This document shows positions 50,405-61,354 of a stretch of 64,000 nucleotides of DNA, one piece after another (the first letter of the stretch is position 1; each line of letters starts with the position of its first letter). The stretch covers positions 75,146,001 through 75,210,000 of the forward strand of contig NC_045697.1 in the NCBI RefSeq assembly GCF_009834535.1. The letters are read 5' to 3'. Made by a program: the position numbers and the translations under genes. A model generated the notes under the pieces. The model worked only from the letters and a program-made list of their open reading frames with translations. It was not told the DNA's origin and made no database searches. The DNA is from Camelus ferus. Its lineage: Eukaryota.

Positions 50405-52316
50405 GGGATTTCCAGACAAGATGGCAGAGTGGTAGGACCACAACTGACTGGAGACAACCATTGAAAAAGTGGAACCTAGCAAAGAAGATCGTCTTCAACT
50501 GTAAACAAAGAGGGAACCACAGCAGGACGGTAGGAGGGGCATGCTCATGATATAATTAGGCCCCATACCCTACCCTGCCCCAGGTTGGTGACCCACAAGC
50601 TGAAGAGTAAGTCAGTCACAGAGGCCCTCCCACTGGAGTGAGAGTTTTAAGGCCCACGTCAGGCTCCCCAGCCCAGGGTTCTGGCATTAGGAGGAGGAGA
50701 CCCCAGCACATCTGGTTTTGAAGGCGGGCTTAACTCCAGGAGCCCCACCGGACTGGGGGAAACAGATTTCACTCTCTTGGGAAGCGTACCTAGAATCTCG
50801 AGTGCACCAGGTCCATATGCAGAGGCAGTGATTTCATAGGAACCTGGGCCAGGCCTGCCTGCTGGTTTTGGAGGGTCTCTTGGGAACGTAGGGGATAGCT
50901 GCAGCTCACCCAGGGGACATAAAGGTTGGTGGCAGACATTCCAGGAATGTTCATCTACATGAGCTTTCCTGGAGGCTGATATCTTGATTGGATCATTTGC
51001 ACCGAGACCTAGCCCCACCCAACAGCCTGTAGGGAAGCCTCAGGCCCAATAACATCCAGGGTGGGAACACAGCCCCATCCACCAGAGGGCCAGGACCAAG
51101 CTTCACCCAGCAGTGGGCAGGCACTGGCTCCTCCTGCCAGGAAACCTGCATAAGCCTCTAGTCCAGCCTCATTCTCCAGGGGGCAGATACCAGAAATAAG
51201 AAAACAGCAACCCCAAAGCCTGTGGAAGGAATCCACAAACAGGCCAGACTACACTGTGACCAGCTGGATCCTAGCCCTTGGCTGACAAGAGGAGTGTACT
51301 GCTGGGACACACAGGATGTCTCCCAGAGAGGGTCACCTCTCCAAGGCTGGGAAACGTAACGAACCTGCCTAAAAATATAAATAGAAAGATAAACAATATG
51401 AGGCAGCAGAGGACTATCTCCCAGGCCAAGGCACAAGATGAAATCCTAGAAGAAGAAATAAGTGATAAGGAGATAGTCAATTTATCTGAGAAAGAGTTTA
51501 AAGTAATGATGGCAAAGATGTTCAGAGAATTCAAGAGGAGTATAGATGCACAGAGTGAAGTTTTTAGCAAAGAGTTGGAAAATATAAAGAATACCCAAAC
51601 AGAGTTGAAGAATAAAATCACTGAAATGAATAGCACACTAGAAGGAACCAAGAATAGACTAAGTGAAGCAGAAGGATGTATCAATGAGCTAGAAGACAGA
51701 CTAGTGGAAATCACTACTGCAGAACAGAAAAAAGGATGAAAAGAAATGAGGATGGTTTAAGAGAACTCTGGGACAACATGAAGCACACTAATACTCGCAT
51801 CACAGAAATCCCAGAAAGAGGAGAGAAAGAGAAAGGACCTGAGAAAATTTTTGAAGAGATAAATGAAAACTTTCCCAACTTGGGAATGCAAACAGTCACC
51901 CAAGTCCAGGAAGCACAGAGAGTTCCACACAGGATCAACCCAAAGAGGAACACATCAAGACACATAGTAATCAAATTGACAAAAATTAAGAATAAGGAGA
52001 AAATATTAAAATTAGCAAGAGAAAAGTAACAAATAACATACAAGGGAACTCCCGTAAGGTTATCAGCTGGTTTTTCAGCAGAGACTCTACAGGCCAGAAG
52101 GGAGTGGCAAGATATAGTTAAAGTGATGAAAAGGAAAAAACCTACCACCAAGAATACTCTATCCAGCAAGGCTCTCATTCAGATTTGATGGAGAAATCAA
52201 AAGCTTCACAGATAAACAAAAGCTAAAAGAATTCAGCACCACCAAACCTGCTTTACAACAAATATTAAAAGAACTTCTCTAGTCATTAGAAAAGAAAAGA
52301 AAAAAAAAGACCTACA
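50405..52316 (+). mobile_element. LINE-1 5' portion (5'UTR plus disrupted ORF1) in DKK2 intron 3
   Basis: Begins with the L1-type caagatggc start, followed by a GC-richer 5'UTR. ORF1 runs from ATG 51398 to TAG 52282 with L1 ORF1p motifs (INELEDRLVEI, ENFPNL, QEAQRVP, RHIVIKL). It has a frameshift near 51735 and a premature TAA at 52027-52029. Confidence 0.93.
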
Positions 52317-52615
52317 GAAGATTGCTTTGGCAGTTTGGGGTCTTTTATGGTTCCATATAAATATGGAAATTGTTCTAGTTCTGTGAAGAATGCCATGAGT
52401 ACTTTGACAGGCGTTGCACTGGATCTGTAGATGGCTTTGGGTAGTACACCCATTTTGATGCTGTTGATTCTGCCAATGCAAGAGCACAAGATATCTTTCC
52501 ATTTCTTCGTATCCTCTTCAATTTCCTTCATCAGTGTTTTACAGTTTACAGAGTATAGGTAACCTCTTTGGTTAAGTTTATGTCTAGGTATTTTGCTCTT
52601 TTTAACGCAATGGAA
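52317..52615 (-). mobile_element. Inverted LINE-1 ORF2 fragment
   Basis: Minus-strand translation KTLMKEIEEDTKKWKDILCSCIGRINSIKMGVLPKAIYR is typical of L1 ORF2 downstream of the RT domain. Confidence 0.9.
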
Positions 52616-52674
52616 ATGTTTATGCCAGTTATAAAATTCTGGTTTTTGAAGTGGGAAAAAAAAGTGAATGAAGG

Positions 52675-52850
52675 GCTGCAAATGGCAAAACATCCTTCTT
52701 TCTTATGGGTGAGTGCATTCCATTACATATATATGCTGCATCTCCTTTATCCATTCATCTATTGATGTGTACTTACGATGCTTCCATATCTTGGCAATTA
52801 TAAATAATGTTGCTATTAATAGCAGGGTGTATGTATCTTTTTAAATTAAT
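52675..52850 (-). mobile_element. LINE-1 ORF2 C-terminal fragment
   Basis: gctgcaaatggc...ttatccattcatctattgatg...ttccatatcttggcaattataaataatg resembles the L1 3' regions at 13420-13600 and 43530-43700. Confidence 0.8.
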
Positions 52851-53670
52851 TCCTGTTTTGTGATTGGCTTTATTCCTTTGATAACTAGGTAAGTTTAAAA
52901 AGTTAAAGCTCTAAAGGTTCTTAGAAACAATGAATAGTACATATATGTAAATTTTAAAAATTTGCAAAAAAAATTAATTGGAAAATCAAGTAAAGTTGAA
53001 ACTAACAGTTTAAAAAAACATTACTTAATTAATTTGATACCTTCTTGGAAGGTATAAACAAACTCTGATTCAAAGAGAAGGCTGAAATCCCCAGTGATGC
53101 CTAAGACCACGAATCAGTCTAGCCAGGAAAACGGAAACTCTGAGTATTCAAAAGAGAAGATACTAATGCAGAGACCTGTCACACAGGCAGAGAGTTGCAG
53201 GGCTAAGATGTCCCAGAATATGGTAAAGCAACACAGCAGGAAACCACTGCCACATTTAGGCCGGGGGATCCAAAGGAGCAGGTGACGTCAGAATGGTGGG
53301 GGCGGGCAGTGGGGCTGGGACTGGAATCCCCAACAGGCCCACCTGGCAGGAGCTGAAGCCCCAGGGAGGTACAGCTCTGCCAGAAACACTCCCTGAAGCA
53401 GAGAGAATATGCTAACTTTTTCTTTCCTCTGCTTCTCAGTCTCCCACCACAGCCAAACCTACGTGGCCAGGAGCCATCTGACAGGGAGCCTGAGAAATGA
53501 AGTCTATAAAGAGCTGTGATGCAGAACAGAGCAAGGGCATACCCCAGGGTCAACCAAAAACCTATCATAAAAATCATATAGGAGCACAAATCTAAGTATT
53601 TAATTCTGTAAAAAGGATCAAGTCAGCAAAGAGCACATCACAGTCAGGTTGATGTGTAACCTGGATAAAG

Positions 53671-53895
53671 GAGTAGTCAGCAAGCTTCTCTGTTACCTGC
53701 TAGATTGAAATATTTCTGGCTATTTTGGCTTTTTAGGCCATGTAATCTGTGTCACAGCTCCTCGTTCTGCTATTGTATTGTAAAAGCAGCCACAGCTAAT
53801 GCCCATTCACTTAGGCAAGTGTGTGTCACAATAAAACATTACAAAAAAGGGCAGCAGGACAGACTTGGCTCATGGGCCATAGTGAGCCAGCCCTG
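53671..53895. mobile_element. hAT-Charlie MITE, MER58A-like
   Basis: ~225 bp with typical motifs (aaagcagccacag, aataaaacattacaaaaa, gggccatagt...gccagccctg) and a degraded 8-bp TSD, ggataaag/gtctaaag. Confidence 0.7.
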
Positions 53896-54017
53896 GTCTA
53901 AAGGGTTCTCTGTCATCCCAGATGTCAACAGTTCCACTGTGTGACGTGGACATAGCTCACTAGCCATCGACATAAGATTTCTCCTAGCTGCCATCAGAAA
54001 ATTACTCATATAATTAA

Positions 54018-54861
54018 ATGGTGCTAATTATTAGAGAAATGCAGATCAAAACTACACTAAGGTATCACCTCACACCAGTCAGAATGGCCATCATGAAAAA
54101 GACTACAAATAATAAATGCTGGAGAGGATATGGAGAAAAGGGAAACCTCCTACACTGCTGGTGGGAATGTAGTCTGGTACAGCCATTATGGAAAACAGTA
54201 TGGAGATTCCTTAAAAGACTGAAAACAGACTTACCATATGATCCAGCAATAGCACTCCTAGGCATATATCTGGAGAAAACAACTAATTCAAAAAGCTATA
54301 TGCACCCTAATGTTCAGAGCAGCACTACTTACAATAGCCAAGACATGGAAGCAACCTAAATGTCCATCAATGGATAACTGGATAAAGAAGATGTCATATA
54401 CATAAATACAATGAGATACTGCTCAGCCATAAAAAAGAATGAAATAATGCCATCTGCAGCAACATGGATGGACCTAGAGATTATTATATTGAGTTAAGTC
54501 AGAAGAGAAAGACAAATGTCATATGATATCACTTCCATGTAGAGTCTACAAAAAAATGATACAAATGAACTTTACAAAACAAACAGACTCAGAGATAGAA
54601 AACAAACTATGGTTACCAAAGGATAAAGAAGCGGGGAAGGATAAATTAGGAGTTTGGGATTATCAGATACACACTATTACATATAAAATAAACAACAAGA
54701 ACCTACTGTGTAGCATAAAGTACTGTATTCAATATCTTGTAATAGCCTATAATAGAAAAGAATCTGAAAAAGAATATATATATTCTGTATAACTGAATCA
54801 CTTTGCCATACACCAGAAGCTAACACAACATTGTAAATCAGCACTTCAGTTAAAAAAAAAA
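54018..54861 (+). mobile_element. 5'-truncated LINE-1 (ORF2 C-terminus, 3'UTR, poly(A))
   Basis: ORF reads [19 protein letters not shown]...HCWWEC...[13 protein letters not shown]-tail at 54852-54861. Confidence 0.93.
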
Positions 54862-55224
54862 GATTCTAGGTGTTGAAAGAATTTATATATTTTTTTAATT
54901 TAGTGTCAGCTTTACTAACTTACTTTTTTAAATTATTTACTACAGCTGGGTGAAAAGATACAGAAAAAGCACTGGAAAAAAGATAGATACCTGTCAGAAT
55001 AAAGGAATCTTGTGAAGAAGAAAAAAAAAGGCTACTTATACACCAACAAATACATGTAAATTTGGTGAAATAGAAATAGGAGATGTGAGTAAAGGACTTA
55101 GACCTTTAGCAAGTGTAGACAAAGGATAATTGAAGAGGAATCATCAATCTCTTTAGCACTATCCATGTGCCCACTGGTATTCCAGGTTGGACTAATACAT
55201 CAGATATGCCATAGGAGACTAGCC

Positions 55225-55470
55225 CTGCAGAAGGTGAAAATGTGGGGAAGTGGTTTTTGTGATCAAGTAAACCAGGAAATACAGTGTTTAAAAAAGGTAA
55301 CCAGTTTTCCTCATTGTTGAACTTCTCAGAGCCTTCAATGTATCAGTGTTTATTATAAAGTTCCAAAAATGGGGAGATGCATTATTATGTAACTCTTGAC
55401 CGTAGGGCTCTTTTATTCACAGAATGTCTTGAAAGAATACTGCTCCAAAGAATACACTTTAAAAAAGCCT
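55225..55470. mobile_element. Degraded hAT-type DNA transposon remnant
   Basis: Motifs such as acttctcagagccttcaatg and ctccaaagaatacacttt resemble ancient Charlie-type MITEs; family uncertain. Confidence 0.4.
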
Positions 55471-55983
55471 CCTTAAAAAACAGGTATTTCATACTTTCAA
55501 AATTTTACTATTAGTAATTAGGTTCAATAATTTCGTACTTTTGATTTTTACTATGATTAGGCTTCCCAAATATTTGGACAAAAGGAAGATTTTATGGCCA
55601 TATATAATGCAACTAGAATTTAATTATTTTTGGTAAATTGTTCAATGAATAGTATATTATCTGGTTGTTTAGTGAAATAAAATTTCTGAATCTGCAAAGG
55701 TGAGGAAAAGACTAAATCTTATTGATTCAATCATGCAGTAGGAAACATTTTCCCATTTATTCTTTGGAACACTTCATTCTTGGATATGGGATGGAAATAC
55801 TTGTACAAAAGATTGATTCTAAGTATCACATAAAATGGCATTTAGGAAATGACATGGTTGATCAGGGTACTGCAATTCTTGTAATATATATTTTCTAACA
55901 ATTTAAGAGCTCTAAGAAATAGCATCCTCAAAATTAAGAATTAATAAATTCAGTCAAAATAGTACCATTAAAGTACTTTCTTG

Positions 55984-57353
55984 TCCAGAAATAAACCCAC
56001 AAACTTTCAATTAATCTTTGACAAAGGAGGCAAGAATATACAATAAAGTAAAGACAGTCTCTTCAGTAAATGATGTTGGGAAAACTGGACAGACGCATGT
56101 AAATCAATGAAATTAGAACACTCCCTCACACCAAACACAAAAAATAAACTCAAAATGGCTTAAAGACTTATAAGACGAACTATAAACCTCTTAGAAGAAA
56201 ACATAGGCAAAACATTATCTGACATAAATCTCAGCAATGTTCTCCTAGGACAGTCTACCCAGGCAATAGAAATAAAAGAATAAACAAATGGGACCTAATT
56301 AAAGTTACAAGCTTTTGCACAGCAAAAGAAGCCATAAGCAAAACAAAAAGACAGCCTATGGAATGGGAGAAGATACTTGCAAAAGATGAAACTGAACAGG
56401 ACTTAATTTCTAGAATATACAATATATACAGCTCATACAACTGAGTAAGAAAAAACAAACAGTTCTCCAATGAAGACATATAAATGGCCAATAGGCACAT
56501 GAAAAAATACTCAATATCACTAATTATCAGAGAAATGCAAATCAAAACTACAGTGAGATATCCCATCACACTAGTCAGAATGGCCATCATTTAAAAGTCC
56601 ATGAATGATAAATGCTGAAGAGGGTGTGGAGAAAAGGGAGCCCTCCTACACTGCTGGTGGGAATGTAAGTTGGTGCAACCATTATGGAAAACAGTATGGA
56701 GATTTCTCAAAAAACTAAAAATAGACTTACCATGTGATCCAGCAATCCCACTCCTGGGCATATATCCAGAGGGAACCTTAATTCAAAAAGACACCTGCAC
56801 CCTAGTGTTCATAGCAGCACTATTTACAATAGCCAAGACATGGAAACAAATGAAATGTCCATCAACAGATGACTGGATAAAGAAGATGTGGTATATTTAT
56901 ACAATGGAATACTACTTGGCCATAAAAAAGAATAAAATCGTGCCATTTGCAGCAACATGGATGGACCTAGAGATCATCATTCTAAGTGAAGTAAGCCAGA
57001 AAGAGAAAAATACTATATGATATCATTTATATGTGGAACTTAAAAAAAAACCTTATTTACAAAAGAGAAACAGCGCAGACATGGACAACAAACTTATGGT
57101 TACCAGAGGGGGAGGGGGTAGGAAGGGATACGTTGGGAGTTCTAGATTTGCAGATGCTAATATACATAAAATAGATAAAGAAGTTTATGCTGTATAGCAC
57201 AGGGAACTATATTCAATATCTTGTAGTAACCTATGGTAAAAAAAGAATATGAAAACGAATGTATGTATGTTCACGTATGGCTGAAATATGTTGTACACCA
57301 GAAATGACACAACATCGTAAACTGACTATACTTCAATAAAAATGAAATAAAAT
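55984..57353 (+). mobile_element. LINE-1 3' portion (late ORF2, 3'UTR, A-rich tail) ending ~40 bp from the exon 3 donor
   Basis: Starts ccagaaataaacccac; ORF reads [19 protein letters not shown]...FAATWMDLE; ends cttcaataaaaatgaaataaaa. Confidence 0.93.
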
Positions 57354-57390
57354 AACTGAGTCGGAACCAAAGAACTACGGATCTCCCTAC

Positions 57391-57546
57391 CTTTTATATG
57401 TGACATCTTAGTGTGTGGTCTTCCTAGATTCTGCCATCCCAAGTCGTGGTTTGAATAATGACCGTGGTTTCGATCTCTGTGCCGAGTGCCGTCCAGAGCT
57501 GGGATGTGAGGGGTTAAGATGCTCTCAGTGACCGGGATACAGATGC
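57391..57546 (-). CDS. DKK2: Dickkopf-2 coding exon 3 (linker), 156 bp
   Basis: ccag|GC ATC TGT...CAT ATA AAA G|gtaggg translates to (G)ICIPVTESILTPHIPALDGTRHRDRNHGHYSNHDLGWQNLGRPHTKMSHIK(G). Phase 1/1, in frame with exons 2 and 4. Confidence 0.98.
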
Positions 57547-58700
57547 CTGGAGATAGTCAAGTAATCAGTTAGACTTACTCATTTCTAAAAGTGTGGTTTT
57601 TAACCAAGCATTCTCTCGCCATGAGGCATGAAGCCACCTATCATCTTTTCATTCACCCATCCATTTATTCATGTATTTATCAAGACTGAGTATTACTCAG
57701 TTTGGTCCAGAGTCAGGCTTCCTTGATTTGAATCTTGCCTCTCTCAAGAGCCAGTGACCTTTGGCAAAAATAGGAATTAAAACAGAATTTACTTCACTAA
57801 GTTATTGTGAATATGTGTGAAGAGTTTAGAATAGTGCCATAGTAAGGTATTAAATGATTACTAGCTATTAGTACTTTAAGTCTGATCAGACATCTATGTT
57901 AAGTTTCCTTTTTCAATCAGCAGTACAGTCCTCATCCACACTGTAAACATCTCTAATGGTAAGAGGTTGTCTTCCCTTTCACCTCTTGTCCAGGCTACTC
58001 CCTGTGGGACTGTGCCCAGGGGTCAGGAACAAGTGTAGGGATATGACTCTGATGATGTTGTTTTATATGACTAAGTATGTTCCTGATCACCTTCAGTTAC
58101 TTAATGGTTTTACCTGCCATTTACTGTCTGTGGTTCTCCATTTCCTCATTAATGCTGAATTATCTGCCTATAAACTCATTGAGATTGGGCGAAGCCCTGG
58201 CTTTGGGGAAGGCCAGGGAATAGACTCCTGTGTCTCCTTTTTGAGGAACCAGTCACTCCATCAGCATTTGTGTGTGCCACGGGGTGGGGCCTTCCAGAGA
58301 AGACACCTCGAGTATAAGAATCAAGGTATGAAATTGGTATGAAAATGGAAAACAGACTCACAACTGCACTGCTAAATCACAGCAGGTTCCTTTCCTTTGG
58401 TTCCTTTGCACATATTCGCTTATGTGTTTAGTTTAGTGGAATAAAACATCTGGCTATTTACATGCAACATTTTAACATGGCAAATCCTAGACCAGCATAG
58501 ATTATAAATTATAGAAGATGATCAGAGCCCAGGAAAGCTAAGATTTGGGAGGTGATCCAGGTAATCTTCCACATATCCCAAAGCATGATCCCATTCCTGC
58601 CAGCTTTGAAAGGTTCCTTACACTTTAGGAATCTGCCTAAGAGAAGGGAGCCTAACTCGGTAGCCAGACCACCTCTGTGAAAGGAAACTGAGCCCTTTAC

Positions 58701-58851
58701 CATTATTGCAGCGGGTCCCAGGACAACACATGCCATCTCTGTGACAGCGCTTCTTTTTCCTTCGACACACCATGCAGGCCGACGATCCTTGGTGGGGACT
58801 GTGGCAGTATCTCCCAACTTCACATTCCTTATCACTGCTGCAAGGGTAGGC
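58701..58851 (-). CDS. DKK2: Dickkopf-2 coding exon 2 (N-terminal cysteine-rich domain), 151 bp
   Basis: Reverse complement reads cag|GCC TAC CCT TGC...TGC AAT AAT G|gtaaag and translates to AYPCSSDKECEVGRYCHSPHQGSSACMVCRRKKKRCHRDGMCCPGTRCNN(G), the DKK2 CRD1. Phase 0 acceptor, phase 1 donor. Confidence 0.98.
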
Positions 58852-59723
58852 CTGTCATGAAGGGGAACACCACCAAAAAAGCAGCGGAGATCAGATCTTG
58901 GAACATGGAAAGTTACTGCAGCAAATCACGATGGGAAGTAAATCACAAGGTGACCCTCCTCAAAGGATTTTAATATACCATTGTAATGATGTTCTCAGCA
59001 GAGTGTCTACAGAGTGACACTTAACTGAGGACCTTATAAATCCTGATTATTGATGGTGACAAAGATGAAGGTGACACTATTCATATATTTTCACTGACAT
59101 CACTTTTGGGTTAGGATTTAGACCTTATGTTCATTAGCAGAGGCCTGAAGAGTGACTCTTGGGCCTCACAAACAGTTGTCAGTGTTATATTGCCACTGAC
59201 TTAAGGTATAAATGAAACAGCCTAGCCACCCCATTTTTCATCCACTACAACTGGATGAGAAGGTTAAATAAAACAACAAAGGGCTGTGCTCGAAGCTCAA
59301 ACACATCTCCTGCCCAGTTACGGAACAGATCTTCTAAGAGTGACTCATCACAGTTCCTGCCTGCGAGGAACAGAGGAGAAACACTTCCAGAGCAGTGTGA
59401 GGCAATGAACTATTTGGCACAAAGCAATCAAGGAGCAGGGTCCTCCTTCCAGACTCAGTGATGAACAGCAGTGGAGTTCTCAGTGGTCAGAGAAGCAGAA
59501 CCCCAGTTACATCATGTTCTCAGGAAACCAAAGGGCAGGCTCCTTACATACAAAAATAGTCCTCCGGGCTACTGCACCTTTAATTTATACAAAGGGATTG
59601 CTGCTGCTGCTGCGTTCCTCTACCAAGTTGTATGTTCAGAAGGCTACTTAAGGAGTCATTATTTCAAAAAAATACGTATATATACACATACACTCTAATT
59701 ATATACTCCTTGTCTCTTGGAAG

Positions 59724-60382
59724 TGTTAGAGCAGGCAGATAGCTAGATATGAGCAGAGAAAGGGGAATGCAGGCTAAATGGCAGGAATTGGGCAGAAAGG
59801 AGGGACACAGGCCAAATGCAGGAAACCAGACATCATGTAAGCACCAGGGGTCCCTGGCAGAGAAAGAAAAGCAGGAACCTCTGGGCTGATAAGAGGTCGC
59901 ACCTTTCAAGGTGCTCAGTGGCCTGGAGGCCAACAAAGAAAGGTGGGAAAAGGCAGGAATCTCCAGTGTCTGAATGTAACCTTTTGCTCATTATAGCCTC
60001 ATTTCAATAAAATTCGCCTTGCAGATTAAAAGTAACCCATCCTGCACCGACTCCATGACACTTCCAATCCAGACTAAATAAGGACAATAATCCTTTCTCC
60101 CTTCAGGAAGGTGGAGTTGGGATGAAAATCAGGGAATACGACCCCAGAGACCCTTCTCTCCCTAATAAATATTACGCCCATTAATTTTTACACTCTATGT
60201 AACCAACTTACCAAAGAAACTTGGGGCAGCTGCTAACCTGAGCCTGCCCGCTCTCCCCTTGAGAGTGTACTATCCATCCTTTAATAAATTCTCACTTTAC
60301 TTTCTTAACCTCCACTTCTTGTCTCTGAATTCTTTCTGGGATGGGACAAGAACCTGGACACCAGTCACATCTACCAACAACA
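59724..60382 (+). mobile_element. Solo LTR (ERV1-like) with a 4-bp TSD GAAG, in DKK2 intron 1
   Basis: TG...CA termini, GAAG at 59720-59723 and 60383-60386, internal AATAAA near 60283, and strong similarity to 60750-61354. Confidence 0.85.
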
Positions 60383-60749
60383 GAAGTTCTTGCTGGAACA
60401 CTTAAAATGTCCTGTTTTCAGACTGAGAATTGAGAAACTGAAATGTCACATCACACACATCAAACTTATATTTTGAGGCAGGTTTACAGGGAGACTTATT
60501 TGCCAGTCTTTTTTTTTTTTTTTTGGTAGTTTATTTTTTTTATTTCCAGAGTAATGCGTTTTTTTTTTTAATTAAAAAAGAAGAAGAAGCTATGTAGTTA
60601 TTTTTAAGCAAGCATAAATGATATGATTATAAAACTACGGAGAAAATTTTTGTGACCCTCCAGTTAGTGTGGTTTGAGTGCCTTGCTTATGAAATGGGGT
60701 TTGATGGCCTCACTTTGCATCCATTCCTATTCCTCCCCCAACACTGCCT

Positions 60750-61354
60750 TGTTAAAGCAGGTAGCTAGCTACTATGAGCAGAGAAAAGGGGATGCACTGG
60801 GCAAAAAGGAGGGACACAGGCCAAGTGCAGGAAACCATACATCATATAAACAACAGGGGTCCCTGGAAGAGAAAGAAAAGCAGGGGTGATAAGTGGTCAC
60901 ACATTTTGGGGTGACAAGTGCCCTGGATGCCAACGAAGAAAGATGGGAAAAGGCAGGAATCTCCAGTGTCCGAATATAACCTTTTGCTCATTATGCCCTC
61001 ATTTCAATAAAATTAGCCTTGCAGATTAGAAGTACCCATCATGCACCAATGCCATGACACTTCTGATCCAAACTAAATAAGGACAAAAATCCCTCCTCCC
61101 TTCGGGAAGGTGGAGTTGGGGTGGAAAATCAGTGAATATGACACCAAACCCTTCCCTCCCCAGTGAATATTCCGCCCATTCATTTTTACACCCTATGTAG
61201 CTAGCTAACTTGCCAAAGAAACTCAGGGCAGCTGCTCACCTGAGCCTGCCCGCTCTCCCCTTGAGAGTGTACTATCTCACTTTAATTTCTTCACCTCTGC
61301 ATCTTGTCTCTGAATCCTTTCTGCGACGAGACAAGAACCTCATCACCTGCAACA
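60750..61354 (+). mobile_element. Second solo LTR of the same family
   Basis: tgttaaagcagg...cctgcaaca; collinear with 59724-60382 (both share aaaggcaggaatctccagtgtc and cctgagcctgcccgctctccccttgagagtgtactat). TSD is imperfect. Confidence 0.82.

Noticed and set aside
59724..61354. Two LTRs as one provirus or TRIM-like mini-element
   Set aside because: No PBS or PPT in the spacer, the first LTR has its own TSD, and the outer flanks (GAAG vs CTTT) do not match.
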